DNA of 64,000 nucleotides, from IMG/VR virus record IMGVR_UViG_3300045988_100778, positions 1-64,000 of that record. One strand, written 5' to 3'. The DNA comes from a virus. The notes beneath the pieces were generated by a model, which was not told the origin of the DNA, searched no databases, and was given only the letters and a program-made list of their open reading frames with translations. Within the stretch, counting starts at the first letter, position 1. Each line of letters begins with the position of its first letter. The translations under genes and the position numbers were made by a program. Positions 43,859 to 52,976 of this stretch are shown here, piece by piece.

Positions 43859-44074
43859 ATGATTACTGATAGAAAGAAAGCCCCGGCATGTTTGAGATAC
43901 AATGTCAACAATAATTCCGGTTCAATCAACAAGGAATTTGGTAAAGACCAGCAAGCAGCATATGATTTTGCAAGCCAAATGAATGAAACAGCAATAATTA
44001 GAGGATATATGTTCGTGAAACATAAAGGTGAATGGGTAAGAAATACGATTTTTATAGACCATGTTTTTAAATAA
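43859..44074 (+). CDS. hypothetical protein (71 aa)
   Basis: GGGAGGATAAGGTTATG Shine-Dalgarno-type start. Confidence 0.5.
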   Translation: MITDRKKAPACLRYNVNNNSGSINKEFGKDQQAAYDFASQMNETAIIRGYMFVKHKGEWVRNTIFIDHVFK

Positions 44075-44091
44075 AGAAGGAGGATAATGTT

Positions 44092-44376
44092 ATGAAAAAG
44101 GATTTGGTAAAGACGGCTTTAGGATATAGATGTTTTCTATCTATTGAGGAAATTGAAGTAACAGACCCTAAAGATAAGAAGGAATGTAAGATACTTGAAG
44201 AATTTAACGATTCTACAACTATTAAGAAAATAGCATTGAAGTATACCGACAACAAGCTGTTCCACGAGATAACAAACCGATTGATTGAACTTGATAAGGT
44301 GGATTTGACAGAAGAAGAACATGCAGAAAGACAGGCGTTAATTACATTGTCTCAATATTTTAGAGTTAAGTTTTGA
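44092..44376 (+). CDS. hypothetical protein (94 aa)
   Basis: AAGGAGGATAATGTTATG Shine-Dalgarno-type start. Confidence 0.5.
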   Translation: MKKDLVKTALGYRCFLSIEEIEVTDPKDKKECKILEEFNDSTTIKKIALKYTDNKLFHEITNRLIELDKVDLTEEEHAERQALITLSQYFRVKF

Positions 44377-44384
44377 TTTAACCG

Positions 44385-44392
44385 ATTAATAG
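44385..44392 (+). promoter_or_regulatory. candidate -7 box TATATTTG
   Basis: 35 nt upstream of ATG 44427. Confidence 0.35.
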
Positions 44393-44426
44393 CGTATATT
44401 TGTAACGTATATAACATTTTGTGATT

Positions 44427-44765
44427 ATGGAGGATAAGATAATTAAGATTAAGGGACATGAATATAAGATGTCCTTCCCTACAGTAGGACAATATTACGA
44501 GATTGAAACGCAAAAGCAGTTTTTAGGTCGTGGATATTATAATACCTTGCTGGGAAACAGAACGCAGGCTGCGGCTGACGCTTTGGATATGATAGATATT
44601 GAAGCGACGCTTACAGTAATGTTGCCCGATTTGCTGGCAGATATGAAGGTAACTTCTTTCAAACAGCTTGGTATCAAGGACTACGTGGAGGTAAGGGATA
44701 TTTACAATAAGGAGGTTTTGCCTTTTATTAAGGAAGTTGAAAAAATGATGAACCCCAACCGATAA
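44427..44765 (+). CDS. possible tail assembly chaperone (112 aa)
   Basis: Size and position ahead of the tape-measure gene. ATG 44427 preferred over GTG 44421. Confidence 0.4.
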   Translation: MEDKIIKIKGHEYKMSFPTVGQYYEIETQKQFLGRGYYNTLLGNRTQAAADALDMIDIEATLTVMLPDLLADMKVTSFKQLGIKDYVEVRDIYNKEVLPFIKEVEKMMNPNR

Positions 44766-44818
44766 GAGTATTCGAGCGAGAATCACTATAGTTTGAATGT
44801 TTAGTTATTCAGAGGAGT

Positions 44819-44857
44819 GTGGGGGTATAGTCTGTTATGGGTTATACCCCCACTTTT
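44819..44857 (+). terminator. intrinsic terminator / attenuator hairpin
   Basis: GTGGGGGTATA (44819-44829) pairs perfectly with TATACCCCCAC (44843-44853), followed by TTTT. Confidence 0.65.
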
Positions 44858-44869
44858 GATTGATTTTGT

Positions 44870-45238
44870 ATGATGGAGCGAGATAAAAAGGAAGATTTCA
44901 GAACGTTTGTAGTCAGATGGAATAACAAGTTTCCGCTTGACAGATGGTATAGAAAGAAACATAACATTGCTTTCATGTCCGAGGAACACAAGAAATGTTC
45001 TTTTTTTCAACAACTTTTCGAGTTCGAGGAAGACCGGATGTTCAAGCAGGCTTTGGAGGACGAGGAAAAGAAAGTTGAATACGTTCCGAATATCGGTGAA
45101 TGGCTGAAAGATTCCTATGATGAAATGGTGGACCAGGAAACCGATACCAAGGAGATAACGCAAAGTCAGATTGAGGCTTTCCGTGAAGAAATGGCGCGGA
45201 TGGCTGAATACGAGGAAAGCCAAAAAGATAAGGAATAA
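44870..45238 (+). CDS. hypothetical acidic protein upstream of the tape measure (122 aa)
   Basis: ORF track; TAATG overlap with the tape-measure start. Confidence 0.55.
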   Translation: MMERDKKEDFRTFVVRWNNKFPLDRWYRKKHNIAFMSEEHKKCSFFQQLFEFEEDRMFKQALEDEEKKVEYVPNIGEWLKDSYDEMVDQETDTKEITQSQIEAFREEMARMAEYEESQKDKE

Positions 45239-48012
45239 TGGCAGAGGATAAGAGGATTAGGATTGCGGCCGATACCACACCGCTAAGACAGTTGAGAGAA
45301 GAAGCGGTTTCTTTGTACCGCGAGATAAACCAGACTTCCATGCAGAGCGCACAGGAAGCCGAGAAAAGCATTTCACAGCTACGGGAACAACTTGCATTGA
45401 TGGAAGACCGTAACGAGCTTGAAAGACTGTTGCTGGACCTTAAAAGACAGTCTGCCGCCATTGATGCAACCACAATGCAAAAACCGTCTCCGATGCCGGA
45501 AAGACCGATAAGGAGACAGCCGCCTACAGAAGAACTTCCAAGACCGGAACAACCTACCATAGACCCCGAAACCGGGTCTATTACATGGGACGTATCGCCA
45601 AGAAGAAAAGAGGAACCCGTACAGCCGGAACCAAGACTGGAAACGGATGTAGAAGAACCGGAAGAAAAACCAGCACCAAGAAGAAGGAGAAGGAAAGTCC
45701 AGGAACCTATACCGGACGTTGAACCCATCATAGACGAGGAAACGGGTTCTATGACATGGGACTTGACACGGAAACCGCAAAGGGAAAGAGTTACCCCTAT
45801 AGAAAGAGGTGTAGAAAGAGAAGAACCGACAACAAAGGAAACGCAGAAGGAAATATTAAGGGAAATAAACAGACACGTCGAAAATATAGATGAATCCGTT
45901 ACGAACGTTGACAATTCCAAGAACTTCCAGGACAACAGTGAAAACAGAACGGACAACTCACGGCATACGGAGAATATAACCGAGAATGTTGTAAATATTG
46001 AAAAGAATACCCAGACAATAACGGAGAATACAACCGCTATAAGGGAAAAGGGGAATTTGGAGGTCGTTTCAGAACAACCGAACAGACCTCTATTAAGGGA
46101 AGACGATAGAATACAGAGAAGACCGGAAATAACGGATAACGGACAGACGGAAATCAAGTTTTCCGACGAGGGGATAATACGTGCTATTACAAGACTGGGA
46201 GTGGTAACGGATAATATAGGACGTGATGTCATTTCCGCTTTAAGAGGACTTGAAAAAGGAACGGGCGAGGAAAACCAAAGAACCAGTATTACCCGTTACC
46301 TGGAAACTATTGCAAATTCCGTATCTGTTATAGAAGACAGTGCAGAAAACATATTAGAAGAAATACAGAAAGCCGTTTCCGGTTCGGGTTTCGGAGGTGG
46401 AACAGGGACACCTGGCGGCATTGTACCACCTACTGGAAGTACAGGTGGAATAGGAGGAGGACTAAATATATTCGGAGGAGGATTAAAAGGAATATTGGGC
46501 GGCCTGGGAGGTTTAGCGGCATTCAATACCGCTAAAAACGTATTGTCCGAGAGATATTTCAGAAACCAGGAATTCGAGGCAAGGTCGCAATACCAGGGAA
46601 CCGTGGAGACTGCCGCAAATTATACACGATTGCAAGCCGCTAACCAGGCAGACGCTTATAGATGGATTCCTTTAGTTGGAGATGTGATTGCAAAAAGTAT
46701 AGAATTGCCAGCACAGCTTGCAGCAGAAAAGATGATGGCAACTTTCGGGAAATACGCGGAAGGCGAAAGACGTGTTATCCCGTATGCACAGGTTATGGGT
46801 GTATCAGCCGGGGAAGCGTTCAGACAAGCCGGAAGGGAAGGAAGTTATGCAGCCGAATCACTTGGTATGGATTACGCTTCATACCTTGGAAGACGTGCCG
46901 AATTGATACGTGCAGGAGGAGGACGTTTTGTTGGTGGCAATGAATACGACCCGTATGCAGTAAGGGAAACGCAGTCCGTCATGGCTGCCGAAAGACTGTT
47001 CGGATTGTCACCTAATGCAGTCAACCGTTTGCAGGGAGCAATGAGGTTCGGAGACCAGAATTCGGGTACCGGGGCTTCTGCGATTATCAGAGAGTTCGAG
47101 CAGGCAATGAAAAATTTAGGCATTCCGTTCGAGCAGATAGCCTCTACAATGGAAGAAAGTTTAGATACTTTCATTACACAGTCGGACCAGATTCTTTCCA
47201 AACGTGGTGATTTTGATGCAAGACAGCTTGCAGCGATGTTTAGCGGAATACGCCAGGCAACCGGATTGCAGGGAAGACAGCTTGAAAGGGTACAGCAAGC
47301 ATTTACCGGACAAGGAATGTCAAAAGACGAGGTGACGAATGCAATGCTTGTACGGTCTATCCAGGAAGTTATGCCAGACAAAACATCCTATTCGGAAATT
47401 CAAGAAGAATTGGAAAAGATACGTGCAGGGGCAGCAAACCCCGAAGTTATGGAAAACTTTTTGAATAGGGTTGTAGAACGTACTGGGGGAGGTTCTGAAC
47501 AGTTACGTTTGGCAATGTCCGAAATATTCCCTAATTTGTCCTGGAATGACATTAATTCTACGATACAAAAGGATAGTGACCCGTCTAAGCTTGTAAGCAA
47601 TCTGTTTGACTTGTATAAACAGGCAAGTCAAAGGATTAAGGAAACGCCCGCAGAAGCTTATGACAGGGGTGCAGCACGGAGGACTGTAGGTGCTGGGGAA
47701 ACCATTTTGGCAGGTGATATGAATCGCCAGATGTCGGAAGGTGCAAAACAATTGAAAGAGATTGTTAGATTGTTGACTAATATTGACAATAATACGAAAG
47801 AAAAAGAGAAACCCGTAGAATCCGGTCCGGTTACGCGGTCTATGGTATCGGGTGGAGCAGGTCTTGTAAATGCGGAAAATGTTAGTTCGGGGGTTGAAGC
47901 TGGCAGAATGTTGTCACAATGGTTTAAGCGCGTTTTGGATGATTGGGCAAGGGAAAGAGTTGGTAATATGGCGGTTTCAGAAGCAAATAAAGTGATACAG
48001 CAAGAACGATGA
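45238..48012 (+). CDS. tail tape measure protein
   Basis: 924 aa. Coiled-coil N-terminus, Gly-rich hydrophobic block GSGFGGGTGTPGG...GGLGGLAAF, and position before the baseplate genes. Confidence 0.8.
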   Translation: MAEDKRIRIAADTTPLRQLREEAVSLYREINQTSMQSAQEAEKSISQLREQLALMEDRNELERLLLDLKRQSAAIDATTMQKPSPMPERPIRRQPPTEELPRPEQPTIDPETGSITWDVSPRRKEEPVQPEPRLETDVEEPEEKPAPRRRRRKVQEPIPDVEPIIDEETGSMTWDLTRKPQRERVTPIERGVEREEPTTKETQKEILREINRHVENIDESVTNVDNSKNFQDNSENRTDNSRHTENITENVVNIEKNTQTITENTTAIREKGNLEVVSEQPNRPLLREDDRIQRRPEITDNGQTEIKFSDEGIIRAITRLGVVTDNIGRDVISALRGLEKGTGEENQRTSITRYLETIANSVSVIEDSAENILEEIQKAVSGSGFGGGTGTPGGIVPPTGSTGGIGGGLNIFGGGLKGILGGLGGLAAFNTAKNVLSERYFRNQEFEARSQYQGTVETAANYTRLQAANQADAYRWIPLVGDVIAKSIELPAQLAAEKMMATFGKYAEGERRVIPYAQVMGVSAGEAFRQAGREGSYAAESLGMDYASYLGRRAELIRAGGGRFVGGNEYDPYAVRETQSVMAAERLFGLSPNAVNRLQGAMRFGDQNSGTGASAIIREFEQAMKNLGIPFEQIASTMEESLDTFITQSDQILSKRGDFDARQLAAMFSGIRQATGLQGRQLERVQQAFTGQGMSKDEVTNAMLVRSIQEVMPDKTSYSEIQEELEKIRAGAANPEVMENFLNRVVERTGGGSEQLRLAMSEIFPNLSWNDINSTIQKDSDPSKLVSNLFDLYKQASQRIKETPAEAYDRGAARRTVGAGETILAGDMNRQMSEGAKQLKEIVRLLTNIDNNTKEKEKPVESGPVTRSMVSGGAGLVNAENVSSGVEAGRMLSQWFKRVLDDWARERVGNMAVSEANKVIQQER

Positions 48013-50171
48013 AAGTAAATATATTTAACATACAGAGTTATAAGTACAACGTAGAACCCCAAACGTTTATAGACGATTGGCAAAAGGGACTGGGTCCAGA
48101 TACACCGGAAGCAAAGAAATTGTCGGTTCCGGAATTTATGGACGTGGTAAACGAGATTTCCAAAATTTCAAATCTGGATGCTATCTGGGCCACATATGAC
48201 GATTGGGAGAAAGAGAAGTACAAGAACGAGTATTCTAATAAGGATTTGCCGTATATCAAGCCGAATACCCCTCTTTCTTTTCCGATAAAGGATTCTCCTT
48301 TGCTTATACAAAAAGCGTCAAAGAGCGACATGTTCATGAAGCAACGCGATTTTTCGGCTTATTGGTCTGAAAATTTGACAAAGCTTCTACAGGATAAGGA
48401 AGGATATGTAGCGGACAATGTGGTTGCACTGGATGAAGAAATGTCAGTAAGGACAAAAGTACAGCCTATAAACATTAAGGTGTGGATATACTGCAAGGCT
48501 ATAAACAAGGTTGTGGATGTAAGCCAGTTCGTTAATACATGTTCTACCGACAAGGGGTTCAAGAACGGTACGTTTTCGATTAACATAACACCCTTTAAGG
48601 ACGCTAATATGTCGAACGTGTACGGTGCAGGATATTATGATATATTCCCGGTTGTAACACCGAAAGGATACGACTATAAATCCTATCTTGAAAAGGTAGT
48701 ACAGATAAACGATATAGTGTTTATCCGGTTTGAGCGGTTGAGACTGGAAGGAAGTTCGGACAGCGAAAATGCCAATGATTTGTTTGTACCGTTGAACAAG
48801 CTTGCCAATAATGGTCCGGACTATAATGTTTGGGACATGATAGGTTTTGTGGACAGTGTAATGGAAACCTATTCTTCGGAAGACAATTCAAAGAGTACCG
48901 TCATAAGCGGACGCGATATTGCAAAAATGTTTGTGGAGGATGGAAGCTACTTCATACCATTGGAAAACGTCAATGATACTGTACAGAACTGGTTATTAAG
49001 AAAAACAGGTGGTGTATGGAATGGACGTAATGTGTTCGGTGGTGAGTATCAATTTGTATGGAATTTGGGGTACAAAACGATAAATGAATGTATTTGGTTT
49101 ATTATTAATATAATGTCTTCTATCGGATTGTGTAGTGATGAAGTTTTTTCTTCATGGGGTGACAAGCGGATAACGGCATACAGTATTCCGGGACAGCAGG
49201 ACTTGAAGGTGAGGGGAATATGGCAGATTGTCAAGCTGCAAGTGTCTGGGGATATAATGGAAAGGATTGTGACAGATACGGGGCTGGGGAACCCGAACGG
49301 AACACTGATGCAGTACATGGAACGTATTTGTCAATATCCTTTGACAGAATTTTTCTTTGATACCTATATAAACACGATTGATGTCATTGTAAGACAGCCA
49401 CCGTTTACGGAGAAGGCAATAAAAGACGCTTTCAAGTCGGAAAACTATATTACGATAACACCGGATAATGTAATATCGTATAATTTGAGCTACGACCCAC
49501 GGGTTTACACCTGGTTCCAGTTACACGCGCAGAATGCGCAGGTGGGCGGACGTGATAAACCGGGGTTGGCTTTTGTCCCTATTGTGTACCTGGAAGAATA
49601 TGTGGAACGATGGGGTAACAGGAAAATGGATTTCGTGGACATGTACTGTATTCGCATGATACAGAACGGAGCGGAAAACCAGAAGATATTTTCTACCTAC
49701 CAAGCAACAATGCTGAATGACTTGATTTATCTTGTCGAAAGCAACATGTATGTACCTTTTACCCGGTGCGGAACGATAGAGATAAACGGGGACAGACGCA
49801 TAAAGGTGGGAACTTTCGTGCTGAACCAAAGTACGAACGAGTTTTTCTATGTGACGAACGTAACCAACACTATATCATTTAACCGTGACGGGGTAGACAG
49901 GCGTACCGTTTTACAGGTGGAAAGAGGATTCTATGTACCTATACTTAAAGGAAATCTGATGGAAGCGGTAAAAAGAAACGACAATTCGGTTTCTGAAAAA
50001 TCAGCGTCCGGATTTACACCCGATTACTTTAAGTTGGTGGATTTAAGCGGTTTGAGACAGAAGGCGAAGGAAGCGGAAAGCGGACAGATAACATCCTATG
50101 ACAACCCGACGGTTGACAAGCAGCAGTTTGATTATTTTTTGAACAGGAAATTTTTTGGAGGACTTGAGTAA
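48009..50171 (+). CDS. tail / baseplate hub structural protein (720 aa)
   Basis: Position directly after the tape measure; ATGA overlap. Confidence 0.5.
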   Translation: MKVNIFNIQSYKYNVEPQTFIDDWQKGLGPDTPEAKKLSVPEFMDVVNEISKISNLDAIWATYDDWEKEKYKNEYSNKDLPYIKPNTPLSFPIKDSPLLIQKASKSDMFMKQRDFSAYWSENLTKLLQDKEGYVADNVVALDEEMSVRTKVQPINIKVWIYCKAINKVVDVSQFVNTCSTDKGFKNGTFSINITPFKDANMSNVYGAGYYDIFPVVTPKGYDYKSYLEKVVQINDIVFIRFERLRLEGSSDSENANDLFVPLNKLANNGPDYNVWDMIGFVDSVMETYSSEDNSKSTVISGRDIAKMFVEDGSYFIPLENVNDTVQNWLLRKTGGVWNGRNVFGGEYQFVWNLGYKTINECIWFIINIMSSIGLCSDEVFSSWGDKRITAYSIPGQQDLKVRGIWQIVKLQVSGDIMERIVTDTGLGNPNGTLMQYMERICQYPLTEFFFDTYINTIDVIVRQPPFTEKAIKDAFKSENYITITPDNVISYNLSYDPRVYTWFQLHAQNAQVGGRDKPGLAFVPIVYLEEYVERWGNRKMDFVDMYCIRMIQNGAENQKIFSTYQATMLNDLIYLVESNMYVPFTRCGTIEINGDRRIKVGTFVLNQSTNEFFYVTNVTNTISFNRDGVDRRTVLQVERGFYVPILKGNLMEAVKRNDNSVSEKSASGFTPDYFKLVDLSGLRQKAKEAESGQITSYDNPTVDKQQFDYFLNRKFFGGLE

Positions 50172-51217
50172 TGGCAGGAGGAGCACCAAGAATAAGCAGT
50201 AACAATTTGCCGCCTATAATGAAGGGGTATATAATGATACCTACGGATGTAGGTAGGGAAGCGTATATAGATACGGTATTCAGAACGAATATAGTTGCCG
50301 TGATGATGGAAGGCGGTATATTCCGTAATGATGCACGTATTACCAACGAGGCTATCAATAACATATGGTTTCCCGAAAAACCGGGTGAGAAGGGATGCCA
50401 GGTAATGATAGCGAGCAGCGATTTTCTTAACCAGCCTACAGTCATAGGCACCTTTATAGGGAATGATGAGGTTCCGGCATGGAGCGAGGATGTTATACGG
50501 ATGAAAAAACAGGTGGAAGGAGTAACTATGTCTATGACGATAGACCCACGCAACCAGGAATGGAACATGAACCTTACCTCTATAGAGAAGCCCGTAAATT
50601 TCAACGTTACATTAGGAGGTAACGAAAAACATAAGATAAGATTGCAGAGTTCGGGAGAAGCCGAGATAGTGGCTTCCAAGAAGGTGAAGGTAACCGGATA
50701 TAACGAAGTCATTGCGGAAGTCGTTAACGTGGTCGAGGACGTGAAAGAAAAGGATAAGGAGATAAGGCGTTTTACTATGAACATGGAGGGAGCCAATTTT
50801 ACGTGGAAGACCCAGGACAAGACAACCGTAATAAAGGCCGACCCTAACACTGTGGATGTTAATTTTCACGACGGGAAAAGCCATATGACTATAGACGATA
50901 ACGGTGTGGTATTGGGTTATGACAACGATACGGAAATGATTCAGTTAACGCAGAATCTAATAAAGCTTATGACCGGACAGAAGGTCAACATAAACAATGC
51001 GAAGGAGCCTTTAACACTGGCGAACACTTTGATACAGCTATTGAATAATGTGGAGAACCAGATAATGACGCTAAAGAACGCATGGCAAACAGCGCTTGCA
51101 GGTTCAGCAGCGATGGACGGGGGTAAAGCCGGATTCGGTGCCGGGGTCGGTGCGGTAGCGGCAGTTAACCCATTGCAGTTTGATGGAATAAAAAGCACGG
51201 TAACTTTTTCGGATTGA
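50171..51217 (+). CDS. baseplate spike / gpV-like protein
   Basis: PEKPGEKGCQVMIASSDFLNQPTVIGTF resembles the OB-fold block P-x-x-G-x-x-V ... P-x-V-x-G of gpV/VgrG-type spikes. Confidence 0.45.
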   Translation: MAGGAPRISSNNLPPIMKGYIMIPTDVGREAYIDTVFRTNIVAVMMEGGIFRNDARITNEAINNIWFPEKPGEKGCQVMIASSDFLNQPTVIGTFIGNDEVPAWSEDVIRMKKQVEGVTMSMTIDPRNQEWNMNLTSIEKPVNFNVTLGGNEKHKIRLQSSGEAEIVASKKVKVTGYNEVIAEVVNVVEDVKEKDKEIRRFTMNMEGANFTWKTQDKTTVIKADPNTVDVNFHDGKSHMTIDDNGVVLGYDNDTEMIQLTQNLIKLMTGQKVNINNAKEPLTLANTLIQLLNNVENQIMTLKNAWQTALAGSAAMDGGKAGFGAGVGAVAAVNPLQFDGIKSTVTFSD

Positions 51218-51220
51218 TAA

Positions 51221-51235
51221 TTATTTCGTATTTTT
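51221..51235 (+). promoter_or_regulatory. candidate promoter box TTATTTCGTATTTTT
   Basis: Shares ATTTCGTATTTT with 5735 and 23173; contains TATTTTTG. ATG at 51256. Confidence 0.4.
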
Positions 51236-51255
51236 GAAAACGATAAGAAAAGATT

Positions 51256-52032
51256 ATGGCAAACGTCGCGCAGGCAGCAATACAAAAAGCAGGGTCTTTG
51301 ATAGAGACGGCTGGAAGAGCTATATTAGCATCTCAATTTCCGAACGATTTTGAGGTATATCTCTGTACACTTGAACTGGCAGATTCAAAGAATAATACGA
51401 TAGATTTTTTCACATTTCCCATCACCCCGAATGCGATAAGCAAGACGGAAGCGAAGAGGGAAAATATAAGGAACACGGCAGGAGGCGTAACGGTATTGTC
51501 TTCTCCTACCTTTGTACCACAGGACATTACAATAAGAGGCGATTTTGGACGAACATTTAAATTGCTATTGTCGCTTGGTGGCGGTGCGTCAAGTCTGGCA
51601 GGAGCGGCCTATAGTCTATCGGCTGGGAAATGGAGTTTGAGCGATATTTCGGGGAAAAATACGAACTCTTTGAAGTCAGCTTCGTTCGACCCGTCCGTCA
51701 AGAACGGGTATGGATGTACGAAAATATTACAAGCTATCATATCAAAAAGTAATGGTGTGGATAAGGACGGTTTGCCATTTCGTCTTTACTTCTATAATAT
51801 GGCTTTGGGTGAGAGTTATTTAGTGACTGTCCCTCCTACTGGATTGGTACTGAACCAAAGTTTACAGCGTAATATGATATGGGAATATTCGCTTACAATG
51901 ACAGCGATAGCCCCTATAGAAGCGGTGGCAGGAGAACAGAAAGCAAAAACAGCACTTACTAAAATTTGTACGGCCGCAGCAATACAGAAAGGTGTGAACG
52001 ATTTGGCGGCTTCTTTAGCAACGTTGTTATAA
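51256..52032 (+). CDS. baseplate structural protein (258 aa)
   Basis: Assigned by position only. Confidence 0.45.
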   Translation: MANVAQAAIQKAGSLIETAGRAILASQFPNDFEVYLCTLELADSKNNTIDFFTFPITPNAISKTEAKRENIRNTAGGVTVLSSPTFVPQDITIRGDFGRTFKLLLSLGGGASSLAGAAYSLSAGKWSLSDISGKNTNSLKSASFDPSVKNGYGCTKILQAIISKSNGVDKDGLPFRLYFYNMALGESYLVTVPPTGLVLNQSLQRNMIWEYSLTMTAIAPIEAVAGEQKAKTALTKICTAAAIQKGVNDLAASLATLL

Positions 52033-52046
52033 AAGGAGGATAAAGG

Positions 52047-52964
52047 ATGGATGCAGTAATGGAAACGGCATACGCCAAATTCAAGAATATTACAGGGTAC
52101 GACATAAAGAAGTTCTTCCAGGATTATGTTGATTTTTGTAATAATCATTACCCCTATATAGTGGATTATTACCAGGGAGGAGAACTGAATGCAGAATCAT
52201 TCTATCAGTTGGATAAGATGATAGCGCAAATTAATATCGTAGAGCCTATGTTCCAGCTTCACGAAAACAAGTTGGACGATATTTCTATGTGGGAAATATT
52301 AGACAACTTTTCGGAAGTGGAAACAAAGATATTGACAATAAAAAATTCTGACAGGTGGTTAAGAAGCGCAACCATAGGAAGACAGAACACCCTACAACTT
52401 GACAAGCAGTTAAGGACAGGAGAAACATTCGAGAATGTTGCGGAAGAAATTGCAATGACAGACCCGGAAGACGACTGGACTTCTATAACTACACCACAAT
52501 ACATCATAGAAGAAGATTATGAAGCAGGACGGGGAAGTAATACATTTGCCGTGAATCTTCGGAATGTCGGTGTGAATTATGTGGATAATGTGGTAGATAC
52601 GCTTGTAGGGGAGAATGTGTTAGGCAAAGACATAGATACCGAATTCGAGTTTAAGAATGACGATTTGAAGGTGAAGAAATTCGGTACGTCTATGGAACAA
52701 GCGTTGAAAATTATATTGGAAGCCTTGAAAGGCTGTATTCCGGAATTCAAGGATTACGGGTTACCATCCGATTTTATCGGACAGACAACGAACGCAATAC
52801 AATATCCGGTGATATTTAAGGCTCTTATGAACATGTTCCAAAGGGATAACCGATGGGCGAGTGCAGAGCTTTTGGATTTGGTAAAAAAAGAAGACGCGGT
52901 ATTTATGAAGGTAAAGGCTACAACCGTGACGAGAGAAGATTTTGTTATTAATGTTCCTATTTAA
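52047..52964 (+). CDS. baseplate structural protein (305 aa)
   Basis: Assigned by position; AAGGAGGATAAAGGATG start. Confidence 0.45.
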   Translation: MDAVMETAYAKFKNITGYDIKKFFQDYVDFCNNHYPYIVDYYQGGELNAESFYQLDKMIAQINIVEPMFQLHENKLDDISMWEILDNFSEVETKILTIKNSDRWLRSATIGRQNTLQLDKQLRTGETFENVAEEIAMTDPEDDWTSITTPQYIIEEDYEAGRGSNTFAVNLRNVGVNYVDNVVDTLVGENVLGKDIDTEFEFKNDDLKVKKFGTSMEQALKIILEALKGCIPEFKDYGLPSDFIGQTTNAIQYPVIFKALMNMFQRDNRWASAELLDLVKKEDAVFMKVKATTVTREDFVINVPI

Positions 52965-52976
52965 ATATATTCAAAA

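Noticed and set aside
45042-46232. A 396-aa minus-strand ORF antisense to the tape-measure gene.
   Set aside because: Its composition is Ser/Leu/Phe/Cys-rich and low-complexity. It lies entirely inside a well-supported + strand gene and has no start context, so it is a shadow ORF.
50029-50850. A 273-aa minus-strand ORF. Similar long antisense ORFs lie at 54501-55532, 40536-41180, 23952-24557, 29493-30062 and 27007-27483.
   Set aside because: All lie antisense to strongly supported structural or enzymatic genes and have biased low-complexity translations. They are treated as shadow ORFs.
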